Source: Dipteris shenzhenensis (taxonomy: Eukaryota). From it: a stretch of DNA of 64,000 bases. A program made the translations under genes and the position numbers. The notes under the pieces are model-generated. The model made no database searches and was not told the origin of the DNA. It saw nothing but the letters and a program-made list of their open reading frames with translations. Below, in pieces: positions 34,130 through 47,324 of the stretch (position 1 is its first letter; every line of letters begins with the position of its first letter). The stretch lies in the NCBI GenBank assembly GCA_047967505.1, contig CM106538.1, one strand, 5' to 3'.

Positions 34130-36280
34130 TTAGCCTCAACTTTTCATCTTCTTTGTGGACCACCAAGAATTGCTGTAGCTCAGCTACAATTGCTCGGTAT
34201 TTTGGATCCAATTCTTTCTGTTCCATATTAGTTTTGAGGAATTTCAAATGTTCACCAAAATCGGACAGTCAGAATATAGACAGTTAGAATATTCGTTTTA
34301 CATTCTTCTTCTAAGTTTCCATTCCTAGAACATTTATTACACCATTTTTCATTACTGACTTGTTTCCCTCAAATGCCTAGCTCCTTCAGGGCCCTCTTCG
34401 GCTCGATCTTGAGTTTATCTTTCTTTGTCCATGTTTCTTCAGTATCAATATCGGCATCCTTCTTCTTTGTCTTGCCTTTCAAGCCTTCACTTTTTCCAAG
34501 AGTGACAGCTTGATCAAGCAGCTCTTCATATGTCTTAGTCGGCTATTTTCGACTTAAGCAAGTCCATCTGGGTGCATCCCGTAATCAACCAAGCTCTCAT
34601 AGACTTGTCATCTAGAATAGTAGTGAACTGATTGATAAGAGCTTGCATCCTAAGTACAAAATCTTGGATGGACTCTCCTTTGTTTTGTTTTAGCTCGATA
34701 GCTTTGTGCAAACATCATCTTCGATGATGTCCTATTTGAACCTCCGCAAGAATGCTTCTGATATAGCATACCAATCAAGAAAATATCCAATTGAAATTGG
34801 TTGCACCACCTCTATGCATTTTTAATTAATTTACATGGGCAATAATCCATGTATTCCTCACCTATCGTGGCACCATTGATATGACAAACTCGCAAGAAAT
34901 TTTGAAGATGACTATATGGATCTTTGCCATCAGTACCTTTAAAATTCTCAAATTTTACCTTGATGTTGGAACTGGATTTGGACTTCTTTGTTTGTTTCAC
35001 AAGTGAGGGGTCCATAGGAATATTTTCAAGCCTCAGAGGTGCAGGTTGATGTACGTCAGTAGGCCCGGTAGGACTTTTGTCCATGGCGATAGGAACTTGG
35101 GCAAATTGCCTTAGATGTTCCACATTCACCGCTTCAGGTACTCAGTGGCGTCTTTCTCCATCAAAAGCACACCATTCTTTGTGTCTATTGATTCTTTGGC
35201 CATCTTCTGTGGTAACCATCGTCAACATCTCCTTTGCTTCGTCTTTGGAATTGGGCATGGTATTTGGGACAGGCAACATCTTCCCGAGCAACCTATTACA
35301 ATTTGCATATCCAAGAAACTTGTGAATGAGATACTAACTAATTAAAACAATTCATAGGAAAGAGATACTAAGATTAAGGCTCGAAACCTTGGGTCTTCCT
35401 GATTCATACCTTTCTCGACAAGATTCTTCTGAAATACCGATCAAGTATTGAAGATGTCTTTCTCTTCATTCATTGGCGTGAGCTTCACGCGCATTTTGAG
35501 ATCCAAAGAGGAAATGGCCAAACTTTCAAAATCCAAACTTTCTGTAGAAGAATGCTAAACTCCACGTGCCCTAACGAGCCTTCATATGCCAATCTTCTAG
35601 GATACCTCAGCCCAATACAAGTGCTTCATCCTTCTAACTCTACACAATAATCAACTTCCGCCCCTGGGATAGCATGACCGAGTCTCTCCTTGCGCTCTAC
35701 ACTCCTGTCGAACAATCGATGCTTCTACCAATCTCCTTCAAGCATTGAACTTTGATTCTGAGATTACACCAATTCTCATAGTAGGATGTAGCCAATTCCT
35801 TTGGCTCACGAACTCTTTATACCTGGCCACGTATCTTCATCTTCTATCCGAGCTTGTATCAATCATTGGCTAAATTAAAAAGCTGTGTGAATACTTTTTG
35901 TACTCCAATCGAGTTACCCAAAGAAATTTTTTGTAATAGCTTACAATACCTAACAACTATTTCACTTCATCGCTAGTCAACGTAAACCTCTCAATGACCA
36001 CTCAATTCTAAGCTTGCTAACTCAATCTCTAAATTTCCCTACTAACAATGCATCAACTTGTAATTCATTTGACTCTGCCCAAGCAAGGTCGCCAAATGTT
36101 GACACTCTGATTTGCTCACTCTCGACAAGTTCACTCACAAACACTCAATGCTCATAAACAGCCCAACCTTGTACAATGCTCGAGTGACGATACTCACTCT
36201 TGCAATTGTTAAGTGCAAAATGTGCATGCTCGAATTGCAATAGTTTACAACCGTAGTACCACAATGCAAGCAAATCTAGA
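34130..36280 (-). mobile_element. Non-chromovirus gypsy: LTR end (from 36097), PBS (36077-36094), leader and degraded gag
   Basis: Minus strand CAGAGTGTCAACA-TT-TGGCGACCTTGC; gag KVKFENFKGTDGKDPYSHLQNF. Homologous to the copy at 42590-46620. Confidence 0.75.
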
Positions 36281-36543
36281 GTATCAAATTTCACTAACAG
36301 GCTTCATGAGAGCCCAACTTTTGAAAATCTCCCCATTTTCCTTTTTAATGTTGTTGGTCTTTGCCTAAGGATCGGAGTATTATTTTATATTCTTTAAAAT
36401 ATCCTTAAACCTGTTTTCTAGCTTTGTCCAATTAGGATTGTAAACTATGATAGGGAGGCCCCAAGTTTGGCTCTCATATTAAAGACTACATTGATAGCAA
36501 GAGCAAAAACTAGCTTAAGTCAAAATATGGGAATACATGGCAT

Positions 36544-36716
36544 TAAGGTGGAATATCAGCCCTGAAGACTTCACATAAATAAGAGGAAAGACTGCCAAAA
36601 GATACCACCTAGATCATAAGAGATGCATCATAAGGTGGAATATCTGCCCTGAAGACTTCACATAAATAAGAGGAAAGACTGCCAAAAGATACCACCTAGA
36701 TCATAAGAGATGCATC
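36544..36716. repeat. 87 bp tandem duplication
   Basis: TAAGGTGGAATATC[A/T]GCCCTGAAG starts at 36544 and 36631. Confidence 0.92.
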
Positions 36717-37598
36717 TTGATGCGGAGCTCTCCTAGATGGGAACTTACACCTTCACCTTCCAAACTCAAGCAATAGCCCCCACGCTAAGCTTGAAAAGAC
36801 AATTCAATGGGACATAACTTATATAACTGATATGGTATTTGATATACTCAACATAAAGCAAGTCGTTAGGCCGATGCAAAGTAAAATTGAGAGCCTCAGG
36901 AAATTGGCCAGGGATCAAAATCCCGAGTACAGGAGCTTAAAAACAGAATGCAGTGCATTAAGGAGGTACAAATGTATCTCGCATTTTTTACTGTGTATCA
37001 TACAAGAGAACCTATAATTCAAAGTCAGCAAGTAGAGCAACTTCGTCAGGTACATGGCACATTCATAGGAGAAGAATGTAACATACCCCGTACAGTTGAA
37101 AACATTTGATTCATTCTAGACTCCTGCAGATTTTCAAATGATGATCTAAGACACGTTCAAAGTGTGAGGTGTGCTCTGTCCCGAGCATTCCAATTCTGTA
37201 GCGCACAAGTACACTGAGAGTAATGTTCCCGAGTTACAGCGAAAATGTAAGGCCAACCAACTACATTGGATAGGTCAACCAACTACATTGGATTCCCACA
37301 CCTTGATGAGACTGCTTCCTTGCATGTGGAGTTTCTTGCTCTCTATCTCCACTATTTTAACAACCCACTCTAGCAGAGTTGAATACACAAAAGAAGACCA
37401 TGAACTTTGACTGCTTTAACAGACTTCTACATAACTAAGCATTGGAATCGATGAAACCACAATCTGTCAGAAAACAATCGTGATCATGGCATCCCTGAGA
37501 TGAAGCCCAGGAAGCATTTTCAGGCTTTAAACCAGACTCAAGGCAATATCAAGGAGGACTCTCCAACCTCCAGCTGAATTCTTTTCAGGATATGCATC

Positions 37599-38662
37599 CT
37601 ACAGCCTCTCTGCTATCTTCCCCAAAGCATCCGCAAGCTTTCCTAGCACACCTACTAAGCTCTCTGCGTGCTCCTTTCTCTGATTTCTATCCAACTGACT
37701 GTTGATATTCTGTGACTCCACTTGGGCTGTCAAAACCCTGCTACTACTTTCCAGCATGGAATACAACTGTGACTTGAAATCATCAGCTTCTTCAACAGAC
37801 GGAGCACTGGAGGGGCGTTTTCTCTTCTTCCGTGCAGGTGGATTTACAACAGGCTTCTCTTCAGCTGGAACAAAGGTAAAATTTCCTTCACTGAATTTTG
37901 TTTCCAAGGTGCCTGCAGTTCAAAATCAGTTTAGTCATTAATTGCCTTGGTTTTCTATTATGCAATTGCTAAATTAGAACACACTAGACCAAATCAGAAC
38001 ACGAGAGAAATACCTGCTGTTGGGGTGGAACCGTCCATGGGAGGAGAGCTGGCACCTTCCATTATTTCCTTCACACAAATTTCGTCTCCTAAAGGATGTT
38101 CAATGTCAGAGAAGAGCCCTTCGTCGACAACAGCACGGCCACTGTCAAAAATAATCTCCGTTGCCGAAGATGAATTCTTGCCAAGACATTTGTCCAACGA
38201 ATCAAATAGTTCTCGATCAAAACATCCGGGTAACTTGCTTTCCTTCCTCACGTCGCTACTCATCAGCCAAAAAGACTGCTTGCCCCTTAGACTCTGCCAA
38301 TCCCGAATCTTCTTGTAATCAGCAGACAAATTGCACCACCGCTTTCGACACTGAGCAGAAGATCTGATCACACCATGCGTCTCGCAGGAGAGGGATACAG
38401 ATAGCCACTTAGAGTCGCTGTTAGCATGTCGTCCCGTTTCAATACCCCTTCCCCTTTCCTCTCTGGCTTTGGACCACCTGGCGTCCTCTAGTTTTTTTGC
38501 TTCAATCAAAATCAAAGTTTCATGGCGTGACCACCGAGGTTGACGGCCAACCTTGACCCCTTCCTCGCCTACAATATAATAGCCCTCGCCTGCACGGGGC
38601 TCCTCCAAGGAGAAAAGCTGAAAGTCTCCCCCTTGAGTACCATCTCCGACTGCACATTCCAT
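37599..38662 (-). CDS. ASR3: Trihelix transcription factor, ASR3-like (exons 38662-38014 and 37912-37599; 320 aa)
   Basis: Myb/SANT-like trihelix PRWSRHETLILIEAK...KW...QCRKRWCNL.ADYKKIRDW...FW...LPGCFDRELF. C-terminal LTAQVESQNINSQLDRNQRKEHAESLVGVLGKLADALGKIAERL. GT-AG phase 1 intron 38013-37913 keeps the frame. Confidence 0.92.
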
Positions 38663-38758
38663 TATCCTGCCGATTTAGGCAATGCGTTTGAAACGAAAAA
38701 CTAAGATTGCGGGGGCCAAAAGCTCTCTCTTCTTCCTCCCGCCATCTAACAAAACTGC

Positions 38759-38900
38759 CTAAGGAAAAAAGCAAACAAAATCCAAGGAATCACGTGAAGT
38801 CTTCCACGGTCTCTCTCTCTCTCTCTCTCAGTCTCTCAACGTACGGCGCAACAGGGCAAGAAAATGCATGTCCGTGGAGCTTTACAATCTTTGAAAGCCT

Positions 38901-38936
<36 letters not shown>

Positions 38937-38950
38937 AAGGAAATACTTAC
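38759..38950 (-). promoter_or_regulatory. Probable 5' UTR intron of the trihelix gene, with two (GA)n tracts and a G-box
   Basis: Donor GTAAGT at 38950 and acceptor TTTTTTCCTTAG ending 38759. (CT)n at about 38810-38836 and 38904-38933; CACGTG at 38791. Confidence 0.55.
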
Positions 38951-39681
38951 AGAAAGAGCAAAATTGACGGAGCTAAACCTGCATCAAACAATCGAGTGAG
39001 CTATGAAAGGATCCACGATTGCTGCTGGTGACAAGAATAATGAAATGGTGCAATGTAGGAGGAATGGAGTTGAATGAAAGGATGCAAAAGCAAATCAAAA
39101 CAAAACAAACAACTCCCACCACCACCATGCATGCAGCGTTGCTTCTCCAAACTCCTCTCTTCACATATAACCCTAAACCTAAAGACACCCCCCTCCCTTT
39201 TCACCCCCTTTCAGTGACTCATCATGAAAATGAAGCCATTAGGGAAATGCTCGTGGTCCAACCGCCATGCCATTTCCAGTGCGTCAAGGGCCCGAGGAAG
39301 ATTGCTGAGAGCAATCCTGACAGGCTAAAAATCACCAATCTCCTTCAACCATTTCAGCTTTCTAGATTTTTCCCAGCTTTCTTCCAAGGTCGATGTGACT
39401 TGTTGCACATGGACAGAGCAAGAAAGCAATCCATTATACAACGACCCTTACACCAATGCCTCTTTCTTTGGAGTTCAATGACCCCCATGCATTTGTTTGG
39501 TTTTGAGGAGTCATTCTAGTGGTGACATACACGAATCAAATGATGTGTGCCTGATGACAACATGTCTAATCCCTAACCAATTGCCATTATACTTTACCCC
39601 ATGTCACACAAACATGCCCTGTCCTCCATGAGATCGTGCCCGCATCATAAGCACAATGGTAGGCCTAGGATTGGTTGTTTT

Positions 39682-40880
39682 TGTTAGAGTTCAAATGCAT
39701 GCAGTGATCTAGTAGTTGTCCTCACACGCCTCAATCATAGAGAGAATCTCACATAAAATGATACGTTGCAAAAGAGATACCACACACTGTCACGGATTGC
39801 TCCCTCCCTCTTGAATCCAATATTCCATAAGAGATATCAATGTAGTAAAACACCAAAAGATCCTATATTGTAAAAAGACCATCAACAGCCAACTCAGATT
39901 GACGATTGGAGCTCACTACGACCATGTTTGTTGCTCATACAAAAGAACTCCGTTGACCTTCGACTCCTATAGACTTAAGTAGCATGCCTTGTAGAGAGAG
40001 CTGCTCACTCTAAACTACTCTTACAAAGACTACTACAGACTAAGACTCCTCTTTTACCAGCTGTGAAGGCCTGGCAATTACAAAAGACTCTTATGCGACT
40101 CACAACAAGGACAAGAGAGAGCCCAACGAAGATCATGGATCATAGATATAGCAAAACTAGATGAGGCCACATCGAAGCGAGCAGCCAAATTGGCCAGCAC
40201 CACACCGCCATGCCCACAAACAAAAGCGCCTTGAGAGCCTTCCCCATGTGGATTCCATGTGCTCCCCATCACAGGAGGACAACCAGACTTCTAGAAATTG
40301 TATGCACCAATGAAAGCTCACTTTCCATGTAGGATCCTTCAAACCAAGCCATCTTTAAGCTTCCCATGAGGACGTGCCCTAGAGGACAATAATTCCAACA
40401 ATCCCTCCCTCGGCCGAAAATGGGGAGCAAAACAAACAATGAAGAGAACAATTGAATAGCACACGTGATACATGACCAGCTCTACCCTGAGCCCAATCAA
40501 TTTAAACATTGCCATCATAGACAATTCTACAACATGCTTGTCCTCAAAAGGTCCAGTCCTGCTCAACAAGATTATCTGCAACAAGTCCCGCCACTTCGTT
40601 TGTTGGTGGAGTTTCTTCTACTATACAAGCACTATTCTTTTCACATTTTGCAATTTCATATTTCTGCTTCTTGATACAAAACCTTTCAATATGTCCAAGA
40701 TTCCTGTAATAATAGCACGAGCGACCTTCTTTTCTTGCATCCTTTGTAGGCTTTCTCTTATCATTTGTAGCATATGCAACTGCACCAGGAAATAGAGATT
40801 CTTCATGCTTCTCCTCGCTCAACAAAAGTGCTACACAGTCAATAAAATCTGCATCATCATCTAGCCAAGGTTGAACTAAC
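39682..40880 (-). mobile_element. Heavily deleted copia remnant
   Basis: ALLLSEEK...CYYYRNLGHIERFC gag knuckle, ARPHGKL...EGSY integrase-like piece, PPT-like AGAGGGAGGGAG at about 39800. Confidence 0.55.
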
Positions 40881-42589
40881 TTTACAATTTATGTGCTAAA
40901 TATTTAGAGTAGGGATCTATGAATCTTTTGAATGCATCATGTGCATGCTTGTGCCTCATGACTTGTCTTTCGTTATTTTGTTGGTTTTGCTCTTATAAGA
41001 AAAGCCTAGTTGAAGCCTTAGACTCTTCTTCTTGTGATTACTTACTAAAATTTTCTCACGACTTGGGCTTTTAATCACATAGCTAATTAGTGCATTTGGC
41101 TTACTTTCTCACTAATGATATTCTTACAACTATTTTCTACTGAGATCAAATAATGATATGAGGTTGCTCAAGTTGCTTAATTCTCCTAGTCATACTACAC
41201 ACCCTTGTAATTCACCGTGTCTTGTAGCTCTTTCACTTATCAAGTTGCTTTTGCGTTCTTTTTTTTCCCCTTAACTATCTTCACACATGATGCCTTCTCT
41301 CATAAAGTTGACCCAAGGCTCAACGACATCATTTTATATGTATGTTTGTATGAACATTTTATTGAGAACTATAAAATTTAGTCTATGTTTCACATATCTA
41401 CTTAATTCTTAGCTTGCTAGTCTATTTCAATATTTAAAAAACCCTAGCCTTTTAATTTAAAAAACTTACTTAACTTGAGTTTCTTTTTCTTTTTCTTTTC
41501 ATTTTGACTGAGCTTGAATCACATTTCAAATCAACCCTATATCAAAACTTTCCCCCCTTAGCTTGGATTGATTTACTAAATTTATATATGTTTCAAGTAA
41601 AACTTTAACCAAGGTGAAAGCTCTAAGCTGTCACTAACCTCTAACTTTTGCTAATGAGCCTTTTAGATTCCCTTTGTACACTTTAGGTTTCGTTGAAGAA
41701 ATCTCATAATCAATCTACTCTACATAGGATAATAAGATTTTAACTTTATCTATACCTTATAATGCCTAAGAATATGTTAAATGTTCTTACTATGTAAGAC
41801 CTTGTTGACTTGAGTCTCGATAATTAATGACATAAATAGTCATTGTAAGATATCTCAAAGATTTTTTCTTTCCCACACATTGTCATATCATAGACATATT
41901 TTGACTAGAAAGGAATGTTGCCTATGGTTATCTCTACTACAATTCAAAGAAATAGAAATCTTAAGCCCTAGGGTGCCAAAATTTTGCAAATCATAGACAA
42001 TAGTTGAAATCCAAAGAAATGGCAACCCCACGATCAATTAAAACTATAAGAGGGTGTGTGCACTACTACAAACACTTTTCAAATGGAAATCTTAATCTCA
42101 AAATGGAAACTCTAGGAAGGTGAATAAATAGTAGTGTTGAGATTAATTCAAAATCTAAGGCATGATTCTTCATCCACATAGCATTTGGTTGCAATCTTGG
42201 TGCACCGACACATACATTCAAAAGGTGTGCATCGGCACACACAAGCTTTGTTCCTAAGAATCACTTCAAAAATCATAGTTAGCAACTTTTGTTGCTAAGA
42301 CATTCAAAGAAATAGAAATACAAGATCAAATAAATCTCCAAGAAGGTGTGCATGTACACCTTTTGAATGTCAATCAAGAGTTCAAATCAAAAGTATGAGA
42401 ATGTGTGTGCAATAGTATACACATCCTTTGTTGCTCACAAATCACTTTGAAACTCATAGTTAGCAATTTATGTATATAATATTTTCAAAGAAATGGAAAC
42501 CCTTAGCTCAAGTTAAACCTTTGAGAAGGTGTGTGCACTAGTGTGGAAATCTTGTATTGCTCTCAAATGGCTCAATAAATTAAGGAATA

Positions 42590-45500
42590 TGGCAATCAAC
42601 ACTATTGGCCCTCGAGTCAAGCCAACATAAGCAGGCTTACCAACATAGGTGCAAGAGCATGTGGTGCCTATGATTGGTGAGCAGGCAAAGTGCTTCATTG
42701 GCTAACTTCTGAGCGACGAACATTGGTAACAATTAAAGTGGTGACCCCGAGTCGAAGGAGGAGGCAACCAGAGCTAAGGGCAGTGGACCAGTAGCGAGGA
42801 GCGATCCAAAAAATTGTGTGCCAATAATATAAGTTAGTTTTTTTAGTCTACTTAGAAAGAAGCATTGAACAAGGAGAGAAGAGAGAAACCGACATTGTGG
42901 TTCATGCTATGTCTCTCACTTGGCTTGTTAGGTTAGGAGCTTGCTATTGAGTGCTTAGTTCCCTGCTTAGTTCATGCTGAGGTAGCTTGGTTGTAAACAT
43001 ACTTCTTTAATACAATTGTGGCTTTTAGCTCAACTTGTCTATATGGTTTTATTCTATCTATTTAATTGTTAAGAACTCAATCCCCCATCATCATACGGTT
43101 TCCCCTTCAATAGCAACCCCAATGTCCAAATTGTTTTGTCGACATCTGCTTCCATCACACCCAAGCACATACGTACCTAGCTCACCAAGGATTGCAATAG
43201 TGAGCATCTTCATCCGAGCATTGCACAGGTTGGGTTAATGGTTCAAGAGCACTAAACACTAAGCACCCATAAGTTAACCGCCATTAGGGAGTGAGAAAAC
43301 CAGAGCATCAACATTTGGCAATCTTGCTAGGGAAGGGTCAATTGAATTTGCAATTTGACGTGCTATTAGTTAGGGGAATTGAGTGGATTGAGTGTAGCAA
43401 GCATAGGATTGAGTGCATAGTCATTAAGAGGGGTTCATTTTGTATAGCGATGAGTTGAAGCAGTTGCTGGGCATCATGAGCTACTATAAGAAATACCTCC
43501 AAATAACCACTATAGATGAGTGGCACAATCTAGTGTTGTGCTTAGAGACTAGAGTGGGGACTACAGAAAGAACTCACACAACCAATCGACTGATGCACTA
43601 CTTAGCCAATATTTGATACATGCCCAAAAAGAAAACAAAGATACACGGCAAGGTGGGAAGAGTTCCTAAGTCAAAGAAATTGGCTACATCTAACCATGAG
43701 AACTGGTGTGGTCTCAGAGCCAGAATTGGGTTCTCGAAATCCAATAAGAGCATAGAGCATGAGGAGAGAGGCTCATCCTTGCTACCCCAGGAGTGGAAGT
43801 TGATTATTATGTAGTGCCACGCATCTTTACCATCAGTTTGATGATCATTTCCTCTAATCCCCAATCATCCAAACCCCAGTCTGACGATTATAGTATTGGT
43901 GCCATTAACATCTTTTTGAGTAGTCAAAACATATTTTCTTACTTACAATTGCTCGACACTTTGGATCCAATTCCTTTTGTTCCATATTAGTTTTAAGGAA
44001 CTTCAGATGCCCACATTGGACAGCCAGAATGAAGATGATTCTCTCCACAACAAAAACATCGGATCTTTCAAGGATCTGCATTCTTCTCCTTACTATTTTT
44101 ACCTTTGTCCCTATTTTGCTCGAGACATTGAGGTTTGCCACTTGTAAGCTGAGTATCAATTGTTACCTCATTTGGTAGCTGATACTTGGTGATTTTTACT
44201 TTGAGCGAACAATCAGAGTCATCATGCCCAAACTTAGCACAGGTGTTAGAATACTTGGTTTTGCAATCTTCTTTAAGGTGTCCATTCCTAGAATTTCTCA
44301 TTAAAGCATGGCTTTCCTTGAATGCCCAATTCCTTCAGTGCCCTTTTCAGCAAACTTGAGCTTATCTTTCTTTGCTGGTGTTTCTTCGACATCCGAAGTA
44401 CAAAGTCTTGGAAAACTCCCCCTTGTTTTGTTTTAGTTTGCTCAGGTTGGTGCGAACATCCTCCTCATTATTTTCCCATCTAAGCCGAGTAGGAATACTT
44501 TAGACATCACATACCAATCAAGGAAATACCTAATTGGAAATTGGTTAAACCATCTCTATGCATTTCTCATCAAAGTACATGGGAAATAATCCATGTATCC
44601 TTTATTTTTTGTGGCACAACTTTGAAGATGGCTATATGGGTCTTCATCATCAGTACCTTTGAAATTCTGTAATTTTACATTAATATTTGATAGGGTCTTA
44701 GCTTTCCCTATTCACTCCTCTGGGCCTTGAATCTTCCACTTGGTTAACCCCATAAATTAGATGCGCATGACATCCACGCAAAAGAACATAGTCTCCAGAC
44801 CTCCATCTTTCATACCCACCTTTGTGTGTATGCAATTATTGATGACTAATTCTAAGTTGATCCATAGGAGGAGATGCAGGCCTTAGGTTTGTTGGAGGTT
44901 GACTAAAGTGGTACACCTCCTAACTTTATAGGCCTTTTGTCCATAGGAAGAGGAACTCAGGAAAATTGCAAGTGCTCGGTGGTGTCTATCTCCATTGAAA
45001 GCACGCCGTTCTACAATTTTATAAGTTCTTTGACCCATCTGCAATAGTTGGTCTTATTTGATCATGCCTCTCTTGATGATGTCCTTCTGGAAGAACAATT
45101 GACTATTAAAGAAGCCTTTCTCTTCTTTCATTGTCATAATCCTCATGCTCATGTTGAGGATCAACAGAGGAAATGGCTAACTGCAAGCTTTCTATAGAGG
45201 AGTGCTTGGAGTCTATTTGCCTAGTTGTCTTCTAAAACACCTTAGCCAATGACTAGTGCGTGCATTCTTGCTAACCCTTGGAAGGTATCAAGCAATTATT
45301 GGCCTAAAGATTTGGAAGTTGTAGACCATTTCCCCAAGATGTGGAGTCATGCTTGATGGAATTGCAACTCCTTATGGTGAAATTGATATTTTTCAAGCGG
45401 TTGCTGATATTCAACAGAAATTGAAGATTGAGCAAATTGCAAAACAGAAAGAGCTATTTTTGAGTATCTTCATTGAAGATGTTGAAGGAGAAAGAGAACT

Positions 45501-46620
45501 TGCATACACACTAGTTACTATTACATGACTTGGAACTGATCAATTAGTTCCAGAGCCAACACAAGAACTCGACCTTGGCATGGAAGACAAGCCTACAACA
45601 GTGGTGGTAGTGCCAATCTTTCTTTCAAGCAACTTTAGATTGTCAAATAACTTTTCACCAGGTACAAAGATGTTTTTTCTTGGAATAATAATGATCTTTA
45701 AGGAGTTTCACCTGAATTCTGTCGACATAGAATTCCTTTGGTACTCGATGAGATATGGAATGAATCCAAATTATGCCAAGCAAGTGAAAGCTAAATTAGA
45801 TCATCTCCTTCAAGAAGGATTCATTTATGCTATTGATTGCAATGATTGGTTATTTACCATTGTGGTAGTGCCAAAGAAAATGGGAAAAAGTATTTCAGTA
45901 GTGATGCAAGCAAGCAGGCATTTCACTTAATCTAGCTAAGAGCATTTTCTATGTCTGAGTTGGTAATTTACTCACACATGTGATTTCAAAAGATGGTATC
46001 CGAACCGACTAGGTAAAATTCTTGCCCATTAAGAAAATGTTGACAGCTCGAAAGGTCTTGCAGGCAGGATTATGGTGGGGAACCTTATTCAAAGATGCTC
46101 AAATGAAATGTATGCAATGTGACGTATGCTAATATAAGACACAAAAACTTTGCTCAGATTCTACTGCAATGCTTTATTAAGGTTGAAGAGGTGTACATCT
46201 ATGACATATTGCACCAACGTGTCGATTGGATAGACAAACACCATCTGTCAAGAACAAGAAAGGGGAGACTAGCTGAGCAAAAGAGGGCAAGATTTGAGAA
46301 CAAAGAGGCAGTGTTGTAGAGACCTTGTGTGCTAACTCCACAGGCACACAGTGATCTGATTGACATAGCCACAGCCGGTAGTCTACCTCTCTATTAATAA
46401 GGAATCACCTTTAAACATTTGTAGGATCAAATTACATACCAAGACAAAGAGATAGAAACCATATGAGCAGACATCCAGAGGTTGGACGCTTAGCTCACCA
46501 GATACAAAGCAAGTTTTGGAGATATAGACACGAACGAGGCATTTGACTCTCAATGTTGCATCATTGATCAACTTAGAGAGTCAATATGCACCACCTAGCT
46601 CCCAAGGAACTGTAGATAGC
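42590..46620 (+). mobile_element. Non-chromovirus gypsy copy 2: LTR end 43313, PBS 43316, inverted gag block 43815-45259, RT/integrase remnants, 3' ORF remnant
   Basis: CAGAGCATCAACA-TT-TGGCAATCTTGC; YGMNPNYAKQVK...VVVPKK; TARKVLQAGLWWGTLFKDA. Collinear with the copy at 32611-36280 once the inversion is undone. LTR start approximate. Confidence 0.8.
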
Positions 46621-47324
46621 CAAGATGCAATGCAAAGCATGGATGCACCTTGAGAAGCATGTTCTTTGAGAAACATTGTATTGAGATCTTCAAGCAGTGT
46701 ATTGACTTTTTGGTTGCAATGTGAATATCATTTTGAATAGAAAGTCTTTCAACAGATGTAGTGTGGCATTTACTATTTTCATGGCATTCTTTGAAATCGT
46801 AAATTCTCTGTGGGAACATGAAAATGCAATGTTATATGTAAGTTTCAATGTGTATACTTGTAAGTTTTAAATTTGTATATTTTCTCTCACTATCTCTCAA
46901 TCATGCATGATGCAATGAGCAATAACCCACTTAGCTAGAGAAGGAATCCAATGGTTCTACAAGAAGGATTAACTAATTAGCATGGATAACCACTTGAATC
47001 TTAAATCCCAATAATACTAAAGGAAAAAATACACTTTACTAAAGATTTATCCATTGAATGTGAATTAATTGTATGACACTAGCCTGACCAAAGGCTAGTT
47101 GGGAGATTAGTGTGCATGTGTTTAGATTTAAAAAGTCTCATGAATGACTAAGTCATACAATTAATTCCATCAATAGGATAAATTGTTATAAATGAGATAA
47201 TGACAAAAAATAAAAGAATCCTATATGGAGACTTAGAACCATTTGAGAGTCTACAAGAATATCAAGAAATTTGAAATTTTATATTAATATTGCATTTAAC
47301 AAAAGAACACAAAACTAGCATAAA

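Noticed and set aside
39019-39519. 166 aa ORF divergent from the trihelix gene
   Set aside because: Non-ATG start, no recognisable domain, and it overlaps probable 5' UTR/promoter sequence.
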